This document shows, one piece after another, positions 11,901-22,548 of a stretch of 32,117 bases of DNA. Made by a program: the position numbers and the translations under genes. The notes below the pieces were generated by a model. That model was not told the DNA's origin and searched no databases. It was given only the letters and a program-made list of their open reading frames with translations. Source of the DNA: Blastocystis sp. subtype 4. Lineage: Eukaryota. The stretch's first letter is position 1, and every line of letters begins with the position of its first letter. Where the stretch lies: the NCBI RefSeq assembly GCF_000743755.1, contig NW_014569427.1, positions 1 to 32,117 on the forward strand, read 5' to 3'.

Positions 11901-13738
11901 TCTAGTGCATTTTCCTGTATCACAGACGATTGCAATTGTGATGACAAACAAAACAGAGTCCGAATTTGAGGGATTAGCTTATCTTACAATCCCTGTAGAA
12001 GAGGTCCAAGGTAGCATGTCTCTTGAATTGAATCTGCTAAATCCACTAGAGAAGACATTGGGTTCAATGTATGATTCTTTGATTCATGAACCTCACGGTT
12101 GTTTTGAACAAGTTCGATAGAGGATCTCATCCTCATCTATAGACTTCATCCACCTTGTATCCACTTCTAATGCTAGCAGAAACACGTCGTCGAACAGAGA
12201 TTCTCAAACACATCGAGAGTGGAGTGAAACGTCTCTTTAGTTTCGAAATTCCTTCTGGAGGTTTCTCTCTCTTTGGTCATGTTCCTGCGAGTCTAGTTCT
12301 GAGTAGCTATGGTCTTCAAGAGTTCACCGACATTCTTACTGTATATCATTCTTCTCAACACTCTGTAGGTTTGTTCAGAGATTATCATTCTAGGAAGAGA
12401 CAACCGTTCGTCAACTCATTCAACGTACAAAAGTCTGGTTGATTAGTTGGATTCGTATGAATTCTTTTGATTCATCATTTGTAGAGGATGGAAAGGTAAA
12501 TATGACACGAATCTCAGACTATCACGATCAAGTCAATCCTCAATTATTGACTGCTTATCTCACATTCTCACTTGCATATTCAGCTTCAAATCCATTGTTG
12601 TTTGATAAGGATGTTCAGGTGTTAGTAGAACCCATGGTTCTAGATCTCTACTCTACTCTCAAGAAGGAAACAACTCCAGATACATATCTCACTGCATTCA
12701 CGGCCTATTCTCTCTTCCTTTTGAATCATTCTAGCGAGTATCAGGATCTCTGTAATCATCTGAGAACTCGCCAAGAAGAGGATGGATCATTCCCTGAGGC
12801 ATCTCAAACAATCATGCGTAGTTGTGAGGAAGAGAGTTGAGAGATAGGATCATTTGGAAAGGGAAATCTTATTGAAACATCAGCGCTTGTTGGTCGTGTT
12901 CTGAGTCTGGATGAGACTTATCGGAATACAGTAAGGAAGACTCAATGTTTCATCCAATCTGTACTTCAAGTAAGAATGAAATGAGAGTTATGATGATTAG
13001 TATGGAAATACACAGAGTAAGATTCATTATCTTCATCTGCTTCAAAGTGATAGCAAGATTCCTGTAATTGAAGAGGAAGAGAATGAAGTGTAGTCTCGAG
13101 TATCATTGCGTGTGATAGATGGAAATACCGAATTGCTTTCTCTGGAAAGTATCACTGCAAGTTCAATCATCACAACACAGTTGTATCCAGCCTTACATCC
13201 GCTTCTTGAACGACCTGGAGATCATATTCTTCGTTTAATAGCATCTACTCAGAATCCCACTCAATTACAGTCATTTGATTCCTTTGTTCATTTACGATAT
13301 GTCGTGAAGGAACCAATGAGTCATGGTCATTTCATCTTCGAATGGATAGAGAAGAAACCATTGGAGATCAAAGAAGGGGAGTTTGTTCAACGTACTCTTC
13401 GAATAGTGAATCAACATCATGATACAGGCATGGTTACAGCTATTGTAGATTCTAATTGATCTCTTGATTCGTAGATTGGAATTCCTGCAGGAGGAACACT
13501 TCAATTTGATCATTTGAAACGACTTCAAGAACAAGATCAGATTTCCTTCTTTGAAGTGATTGGAATGAATCTTATTCTCTACTGGACACATATGGAAGTG
13601 AATCAAGAAGTGAAGATTCCTATTGGTTTTGTTGGTTCAATTCCTGGATTCTATCTTGGTTCTGCTTGTCGTGTATATGAGTACTATAACCCTGAGAATG
13701 AAGTATGGATGAAGGGTTTGAATCTGATTGTGTTGTAA
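8964..13738 (+). CDS. Alpha-2-macroglobulin / thioester-containing protein, bacterial-like GCFEQ type; many short introns
   Basis: N-terminal hydrophobic segment; MG2 motif LTTDKQVYRPEET; FFPESGDLICG; LDLLMGVQGWRRF; DTILWKP; thioester motif EPHGCFEQ|TSSTLYP; GVKRLFSFEIPSGGFSLFG..SSYGLQEF; C-terminal GMVTA..GIPAG...RVYEYYNPE. TAA at 13736-13738. Confidence 0.88.
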
Positions 13739-13748
13739 TAATGTGAAG

Positions 13749-13756
13749 TGTTTGTT
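13749..13756 (+). terminator. TGTTTGTT polyadenylation element (A2M gene)
   Basis: Exact motif 10 nt after the TAA. Confidence 0.8.
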
Positions 13757-13805
13757 GGTCGTACCAAGAGATCTTTCACACAAACAGATTTGCTAAAGGG
13801 ATTGT

Positions 13806-16170
13806 TTAATGGAGCATATCATTATATAATCGCATCCATTTCTCTTTCACACTTTGAATCATACCATTGATTTCCGTCTCAGAATGAGGTTGTCTAATTC
13901 TAAAATCAATCTCAATTCTTTACAAAGAAGATGTATATGGAGTGAGTCCTGATGCTGATAAACCATATCGTGCTTCAGCAAGTGCATAGGAAGAAGGGAG
14001 AGGTTGTGAAGAAGGGAGAGATGGAGGAGGTTGTGAAGAAGGAAGAAATGAAGGATGCTGCAAAGGAATACTAGTTCCTCGACTAGACTGAACTTCCTCA
14101 TATCTTCGTCTCCACATATCAATTTCATCTTCTTTCATCTTTATACTCCTCTTTAAGTTATCTAACTCTTGCTCTTTCAAACGTCCATCACTCTCTAATC
14201 GAGATATACGTTGTTCTCCTTCTCTCTGTTTTCTTTGGGCAGCATCTCTTTGATTCTCCAATGACATCATATCACTCAATAACAGATCCTGTTTCTCTTT
14301 CAATTGGAACAAATCACTTTCACTCTTCTGAAGTCGTTGAAGAAGCAACAAAACATCAGAATTGTTGAACTGAGATGGATACGATGTTCCAAGCATTAAC
14401 TGTAATCGACTTAGAAGTGAATCTGCTGAAGTGGAACGAAGTCCATATCGATCAGATCGATTCATCAGATCTGTTGAATATGTACTGATTAGAGCTTCAC
14501 AATCACTTAGTAATTGACGTAACTCTGTCTCACGCTCACGAGCAGCTAAACCACCCATTGGAGTTGATGTGGACATATAACCAGGAGTTGAAGAGATTGG
14601 TCCTTGAGAACCAGTCATTGGAACAGATACAGTCTGAGGACCTGCTTTCATCGTCTGTTCTTTTCTAAGTACATCAATCACAATATCCATCATCTGAGTT
14701 GTATCATGTAAACGAGTCCCTAATAACTCTGACTTCTTCTGAGCACAATCCAATAATCGTTGACCATCCTATACTTCCATTCTCTATCTTTCACTTACCA
14801 TACTACGCAATATTCGATCATCAATTCGAGTGAGTTCAGTCTCTTGAGCAATCGGATATCCAGCAGCTATAGCCGCGTGATTCATTGAAGTATTCAGCAA
14901 ATCAACCCATCCATCCTTCACATTCATCCTCTTCCTTTCTTCCTACCACACTTTGAACATAATCAATGATAAAGTCTGCAAATGTCTGATCAATCACTCC
15001 TGATCCATTATAACGATATTCTAGAGGTCCTAATGCTCTTCACTTCATTCATCTTTTTAATCCTACTTGTATCGATCCAATTCTCGTTGTGTTGTTGTCA
15101 ACTGATCTTGAAGTCGACTCACTTCTCTCTACACTTCATTCACATTCCTTCTACTTACAGACACTTCTTGAATACTCTGAACATGAATCTGTTGAAGCAT
15201 CATTTGAAGAGATGTTGATACACTCTTCAATTGTTCCTCTGTAGACTGATATCCAGACATCCCTATCACAAGACGATACACTTCTCGAATGGATTGTTGA
15301 AGAGTATCTGAAATATGACCTGCTTCTGGAGTTCCATTCTGTTTCTCCAACAATTCATTCAAAATTGTTTCCACATTCTCAAGGGAACACACTACATCCT
15401 CTCGAATCTCATTTACTGTCGATAATGCTCCTTGCCATGATGGAATCCAACGACAAATTGAGTCTAACATACGATTCCCAAGAATCTTGCATTTGTCCAA
15501 AATCTCATTCAAGCGAGTTATGTCGTATTTCTAAACATCTATAAACAAATAAAACATTACATAAGAGGAAGAAGTCGAATATAAAGGAGAGGAGACGGGA
15601 TTCTGCTTCTGAAGTGTAGCAATCTGATTATCCTTTTCTTGTAATTGAGATTCAAGAGATTGAATTCGAGCACGTAGTGTTGTTAACTCCAGGGAAGAAA
15701 CACTTGTTGTTCCATATGAATTTGTTGATTGTGAACGTCTGAGATTTGAGATCTCAATCTAAACATCAATACAAATCTCTCTAACACGACTTCCTTCTCT
15801 CTGTTGGATAATTCCAAACTTCGGATTTGATCATTCTTTCGGTCCAATTCTATATTCAATGAGGCAATTGTATCTTTCTGATTTAGAGTCTCTTGAAGCA
15901 AATTCGAATTGAAGTAACTAGAATTCACTCATATCCTTTTCAATCACTTTTTAGAATTCATCCGATCTACTAATCCTTGTACTTCTTTCAGTTCTTGATG
16001 AAGGTGTTCATTTTCCCTTTTCAATACATCCAATTCATTTGTCTAACCATTTCATTCTTTCTCATATTCTATACTTGTTGACTAGGAAGAGTTCCCAGAG
16101 TTGAGTATTTCCTTGAATCAAGAGGAGAATATAACTTAGAATTCCAATTGGAATTATATGAGCTTGTCAT
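13806..16170 (-). CDS. Hypothetical long coiled-coil protein with Pro/Ser-rich C-terminal region
   Basis: Series of minus-strand heptad-rich ORFs (13920-14753, 15129-15512, 15683-15928) separated by short GT-AG introns. Likely ATG at 16170 (MTSSYNSNW); spliced end WMRLYNDMLH* followed by TGTTTGTG. Confidence 0.7.
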
Positions 16171-16259
16171 TCCCTAGTCTGTTGAAACAACAAGAATGAT
16201 CTTCAAATCACTCTCTTTCTTATTTATTCAACTTTAAATCAATTCCTATATCCTTTGAT

Positions 16260-16267
16260 AACAAACA
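16260..16267 (-). terminator. TGTTTGTT polyadenylation element (Rab2)
   Basis: AACAAACA on the + strand, downstream of the Rab2 stop. Confidence 0.75.
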
Positions 16268-16295
16268 AACCATTATACCACAATTCACACAATGC

Positions 16296-17135
<840 letters not shown>

Positions 17136-17410
17136 TCATTTCATTTGATATTAATGTAATCAAAGCTTCTTTATTCAACAAGACAATATTCCTACCTCTT
17201 TCAAAGATGTTTAGAGAGAAATCGAATTGGAATTAGAACCGCGGTATTATTGACCAAGTCTGGAGAGATGGATAGTGTTCCTTTTGTTATGGAATGAATA
17301 TGAAAATGTAGTTGTGATTATGTGATATAGATTGAATGTGAATAATGATAAGAACGAAAAAAGAGATATGAAATGAGATTGAAGTGAATGAGATTTGAAG
17401 ATAATAATGT

Positions 17411-17482
17411 GGCCTGCTGGTCTAGTGGTATGATTCTCGCTTAGGGTGCGAGAGGTCACGGGTTCGATTCCCGTGTAGGCCC
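17411..17482 (+). tRNA. tRNA-Pro (AGG)
   Basis: Cloverleaf: acceptor GGCCTGC/GTAGGCC, D-arm GGTCTAGTGGTATGATT, anticodon arm CTCGC-TTAGGGT-GCGAG, T-arm CACGG-GTTCGATT-CCCGTG. T-rich Pol III terminator follows. Confidence 0.95.
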
Positions 17483-17531
17483 TTCTTTTCTTTTCAATTA
17501 CTATTCTCTACAACAAGAATTCATTATATTA

Positions 17532-18718
17532 TTAGTTGAAATACCAATAGTCTTTTCCACATTCCCAACACATTGATTTCACATTATCTTCAAATACTCC
17601 TGCTGTTCTTCCTAAGGCAACACAACATACTACAGGAGGTTTCAGTTCCGAATAATGAACAATTGGAATATCTACTCCAGTTAGAGGATTTTCATAATGA
17701 GTTCCAATCTTATTCACATCCACATCACCAAACACAACCACCTTCTTTCGATTTGCTTCGGACAACTCATTCACAAAATTTCGACCATCTCTTCCAGCTC
17801 CCCAAATACTAAAACTTTCTAAATGATCTAGAATTCGACGTTCTAATGCTCGAAGTTTCACTCGGAGAATTGTTCTTCGAGGGATCTTTGCACATGTATT
17901 CACCTCATGCATTCTACAAGTCATCATTCTCATTCATTTATACCGATACATTACTAATACTTCAGGAACAATACGCAATTCTCCTTCACAATCTAAATGA
18001 CGATGATAGAAATCCAAATCCTCTTCTTATTCCACTCATTTGATCATACCTCAGGATAAGGCTTATTATCTTCACCTTCTTCAACATATCCTCCTACTCG
18101 ATCAAATGTCTCTCTTGTCATCATCCAACTAGGTTGGATCACAAGAACTTCACGATATTGATATTTCACCAAATCTTCATCCACCAGATTATTCATCCAT
18201 TCACTATAATGACGCATACTATTAGCTGGTTTCCGTCTAGTCATCATAGTTTCACTTTATTCTTACTCAAAATGAGTGCCCACTAATGCCTTTGGATGAT
18301 TAAGAAGAACTTCTACTTGTTTCTTGATTCGATCTGGATACATCACATCATCTGCATCTTGGAAACAAAGAAAACGACCATGAGACTGTTCCACACAACG
18401 ATTCTTTGCAAATCCACAACCACCAATTGTTCCTTTATTCTCCGAATACACAGTCTCAACTCCTTTCTTTCCGAAATATTGAATCCAACGATCAATCACA
18501 TCTTTCGATTTGTCTGTACTTCGGTCATTGTAGATTGAGAGCTACAAATCATTATCAAACACTTCAAAGACTTCCAGAGTCCCTTCATATGTTTGTTTAT
18601 CAATTCCTTCGAAACATTCATCCAAAAATGATTCGCAATTATGTACAGGAATCTTATAATTAACTCAAAACTGAACAACAACAATGATTGACACATCTAC
18701 TCTTTTTGTTTCACTCAT
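17532..18718 (-). CDS. B3GNTL1: GT2 glycosyltransferase, B3GNTL1/QTGAL homolog (queuosine-tRNA galactosyltransferase)
   Basis: Spliced N-terminus VSII(V)IPVHNCESFLDEC...YEGTLELSIYNDRSTDKS; GCGFAKNRCVEQSHGRFLCFQDADDVM; IWGAGRDGR; FGDVDVNKI; PIVHY..KPPVVCCV...GVFEDNV...GKDYWYFN. These follow the recalled B3GNTL1 motif order along the whole length. Confidence 0.85.
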
Positions 18719-18839
18719 ACACAATGTACAAATCGATTATAATAGAAATCAATAAAGAAGCTAGAATAGAAACAAAGATAATGAGATTTCAATGAAACCG
18801 GCATTCCGGTTTGTCTCGATTTCATCGACATTGTGTATT

Positions 18840-20500
18840 ATGGCGTATGTATATAACGTAGAACCGAATACAAATGGGAAGGTAGTACTACACACAACTG
18901 CAGGAGATGTAGATATTGAGTTGTGGAGTGAACAAGCGCCTTTAGCTTGTCGAAACTTCATTCAATTATGTTTGGAACATTATTATGATAATACTATATT
19001 TCATCGTGTACTTAAGAAGTTGTTGATTCAAGGAGGAGATCCAACTGGTACAGGACGAGGTTTAAAATGATTGTAATTGTTAATTGAATAGGTGGTGAAT
19101 CGATTTGGGATAAAGCCTTTAAAGATGAACTCAGTCCTCGTTTACGATTTAGTCATCGTGGTATTGTTGCGATGGCAAATGAAAATAAACCCGATACAAA
19201 TCATAGTCAATTCTTCATTACTCTAGATGCAGCAGACTGGTTAACAGGAAAGCATACTATATTCGGAAAGGTTGTTGGTAATACCTTGTTCAATGTACTG
19301 AAAATGGGTGAATTGGAGACAGACAAGGAGGATCATCCTTTGTATCCTCCAGTGATCAAATCTATTTCTGTAATTGTAAATCCTTTTGATGATATCATTC
19401 CACGGTATGTGTTTATATGAGTCTATGAGTTGAAGTGAGTTCAAACATGAAGAGAAAGCAGAGAAGAAGGAGGATAATCGTCGTCAAGTGAAACAAGTGA
19501 AGAATAGTAAATTGTTGTCATTTGGGGATGAGGAAGATGAGGAAGAAGGACTCTCTTCACGTATTGTGAGTTTTCAGGAATCACAGGGTGTTGCGAAGAA
19601 GGAAGATTTGAAACCAGTAGTGGTTGATGAGAAGGAGAAAATGAGGAAAGAGAAAGAGAGTGCATGGGTGAAGAAGATGAAAGAGAAGATTATGGCAAAG
19701 ATGGAGAATGCTGATATGCCTGTGGATAATCCAGTGAAAGAAGAAGAAGAAGAGAATGTGGATGATTCAATGAAAGAGAAGGTGAAGGAGAAGATTCGTG
19801 AGATGAAGAAGAAATCGAAAGAAGTTGAATTGGATATGAATATTGATGAATAGTTGGAGAAAGAGTTGAAGACACCAGCAATTCCAATCGAGAAGCCAGA
19901 AGAAACAGTACTTTCTGCAAGTGAATACAAGCGTCAAAGGAAGCGTCGTCGAAATGAAGTTGCTGCTGAACGGACTCAAGATGTATGTATTCGAGAGATG
20001 AATAAGTTATAGACACTTGCTGCTCTTGCTGCTTTCAAATCCAAATTGAAATGTGCTTGGAAAGAAAAGGAGAGCAAAGAGGAGAAAGAGAATCAGGATG
20101 AAGAGAAGAAGGTGATTACACAGAATGATCTATTAGCTACTACTCGGACAGATTTGGTTGATGATGACGATGATGAGAATGCTGAGAATGAGTCAACAGA
20201 GTGGATGACAAATCAATTGAAATTTGTGAAACACTTTGAAGTAATATTGAGATATGTTATGAATAATAGGATTCTCTTCGAGATGGTTCATTTGAGCCAA
20301 GTGTAGACTTGTATGTAACAGAGGATCCTCTTCAATCAAATCCAGTTGATTTAGATAATATTGTTGATGAATAGGCAGGAAGAGAGGTCTTGCGAGAAAG
20401 GATGGAATTGAGGAAACTTCAGTCCTCTCGGAGTGATAGATCATCTCAAAGGGATAGACCATCTCAAAATCATCATTCATCTACAAGACATAATAGATGA
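18840..20500 (+). CDS. CWC27: Spliceosome-associated cyclophilin CWC27
   Basis: MAYVYNVEPNTNGKVVLHTTAGDVDIELWSEQAPLACRNFIQLCLE, QGGDPTGTG, NHSQFFITLD, NPFDDIIPR, KLLSFGDEE and a long charged tail. TGA at 20498-20500, then AAAG-TGTTTGTT. Confidence 0.92.
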
Positions 20501-20504
20501 AAAG

Positions 20505-20512
20505 TGTTTGTT
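20505..20512 (+). terminator. TGTTTGTT polyadenylation element (CWC27)
   Basis: Exactly 4 nt after the TGA. Confidence 0.8.
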
Positions 20513-20543
20513 GATATAGACAAAGATTGAAAGTTTAAATAGA

Positions 20544-20632
20544 CCGAGCTTAGCTCAGTTGGTAGAGCGTTAGACTGTAGTGGCTGCTCCGCAGCAATCT
20601 AAGGGTCGCTGGTTCGATTCCTGCAGCTCGGA
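20544..20632 (+). tRNA. tRNA-Tyr (GTA) with 16-nt intron (20581-20596)
   Basis: Acceptor CCGAGCT/AGCTCGG+A; D-arm GCTC-AGTTGGTA-GAGC; anticodon stem TTAGA/TCTAA with CT-GTA-G; intron at the canonical 37/38 position; GGTTCGATTCC; TTTTT terminator. Confidence 0.93.
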
Positions 20633-20674
20633 CTTTTTATTTCTATTATCCAATTCTCATTAACAATTCAGACA

Positions 20675-21613
20675 ATGGATGATTTATTACATATCTCTCC
20701 TGAATTCAATTGGAATATTGAAAATCCCACTCAGAATGAATTCATCTACTCTGCTTCATCAATCGGACTCAATTCATCTGTTCTCTTTCAACACTTCCTA
20801 CAACTAGCCATTCGTAGTCGTAAGAAAGGATAAGTCAAATCAAGTCATAGACTCGAGAGCTGTTGTACTTTCATTAACTTCATCCTATGAGGACTTAACA
20901 GCTATTTGTAAACGAAATGTGAATATTGAAAGATTTGTTGAGTGAGTAGGGCTTGACTATTGAGGAATCAATTCTCTTACTCTGTGTTGATAAAGTGGAA
21001 GAAGAATATTTGAATAATACAGAAATACTTGATTCAGTTCAAGGAAGTACAAAGCCCTTTCCTTCCTCTTCTTTATCTCCCACAACTCCTTGTAGACATT
21101 GCACATTGTCAGAAGCTTTCTCTTCCTTCATGACAGCAGTTCAAGAAACTAGTCAAGACACTTCTTCATCGATTTTCTTCTTGATTGATGATATTCATCT
21201 TTTGGGTGATTCAGATACTTCAATTATAACAAGAGTAAGAGAACTCCGTCACTATATTGAAGATCATTTCCAAGTATGATTTGAAAAGAGTATATGAATT
21301 CAAAGCAATTCACTTTAATGATTTCTCATCCTTGTGGTCTTGATCATGAAACTGAACTTGTACAGTCTCTCTAATCCAATAATATGTAGTATCATCAATT
21401 AGTTCATATGAGTGATCTTCAATTCCTTTTGATGCCTCTTTCAACAGGAAACTCAATCACAGTTCATGGAAGTGTAAGTCTTGGCTTCTTTGTATTCTCT
21501 AGTTGGTCATTCATCGAACTGTAACTAATAATCAATTCAGATCTATCACAATTCGACGTCATGTGAAACTTTCAGACAATACAATCAAACTCTTCATTCC
21601 AGGAACAATATAA
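20675..21613 (+). CDS. ELP6: Elongator complex subunit ELP6-like
   Basis: Spliced product has SSVLFQHFL, IFFLIDDIHLL, LVHMSD..LLMPLSTGNSITVHGSL and C-terminal VKLSDNTIKLFIPG, resembling recalled ELP6 C-terminal motifs (PLxTGxxxDVHGxL). TAA at 21611-21613. Confidence 0.65.
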
Positions 21614-21619
21614 CAAACA
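21612..21619 (-). terminator. TGTTTGTT polyadenylation element (uL30 gene)
   Basis: AACAAACA on the + strand, overlapping the ELP6-like stop codon. Confidence 0.75.
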
Positions 21620-21631
21620 TTCTATTGTACA

Positions 21632-22445
21632 CTAAATCATTTTACTAACTAAATTGTTTATACAACACTCTCGATTCCCTAAATCTCCTCCTTCATTGAA
21701 ATGAGTCTTCACATTTCGAAAACCACCACTTGGAGGATTCAATTTGAATGGCCAGAGAAACAAATTCACCTCCTTGAAATGATCTCCAACTGTATATAGT
21801 TCATGAACCAGATCCTCAATACATAATAGATTATACTGTTTCAATGAATCACTCACAATCTCGTTAGATGATAGAGGAATACGTTGCTTGTTCACACGAA
21901 CATAACCACGCTTATATAGTAAATGACGAATCGTTGAGACACTCGGATATCCATATGTTACATAAGGAGATATCACTTCTAACATCTTCTGAGTTGATCC
22001 ATTCACACGAAGAAATACTCCAGTATTGATCTACCTCTCATAACACATAACTAACACAACTTGAAGGAGTCGAAACAACTCCAAAATCTTTCTTGGTTTT
22101 GGTGGAACCTCATTCACACCTCGAATTCGAATCACAAATACCAAGCGTTCTCCTTTCTCTCTCAAGAATTCACTATCTCGATGTGCTTGTCGCTTTCTTC
22201 TTATCTCTTCTTCTTCAATCTAAATTCGTTAAATTCATCAACAAAACATACTTCTTTGTACTCTTTCACATATTGTTCTGCACGTTTCACATATTCACGT
22301 CTTACACGATCTCGATTCTATTCTATTAATATCAACAAGAAATACTTACAACTTGATGTTCAAGTGCAAATGCTACTTCTTTTGCTCGTAAAGTAGCATC
22401 TCGTTTCTCTTTTAATCGAATAGACTCTGGAACATGTCTATTCAT
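21632..22445 (-). CDS. uL30 family protein (60S ribosomal protein L7 or the RPL7L1/Rlp7 paralog)
   Basis: [84 protein letters not shown]. Confidence 0.88.
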
Positions 22446-22548
22446 GGAAACAAACCTTTATATTCAGACATGTTCAGTTATTCCAACTATTGATTATATA
22501 GCTTTATAATCACTTGAGTTCAAATCTCATTAACAATTCATTTTGAGA

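Noticed and set aside
9013..13738. Fragmented ORFs suggesting a pseudogene or alternative genetic code
   Set aside because: The breaks I examined coincide with ~30-nt GT-AG introns that restore the frame.
13995..14045. Direct repeat GAGGTTGTGAAGAAGG x2
   Set aside because: Coding micro-duplication (PSSQP) in a low-complexity tail; not a CRISPR array or mobile element.
19441..20016. Several minus-strand ORFs rich in Ser/Phe/Leu
   Set aside because: Antisense shadows of the purine-rich Lys/Glu region of CWC27.
20436..20470. 18-nt tandem duplication (GATAGAYCATCTCAAA)
   Set aside because: Encodes a DRxSQ repeat in the disordered CWC27 tail.
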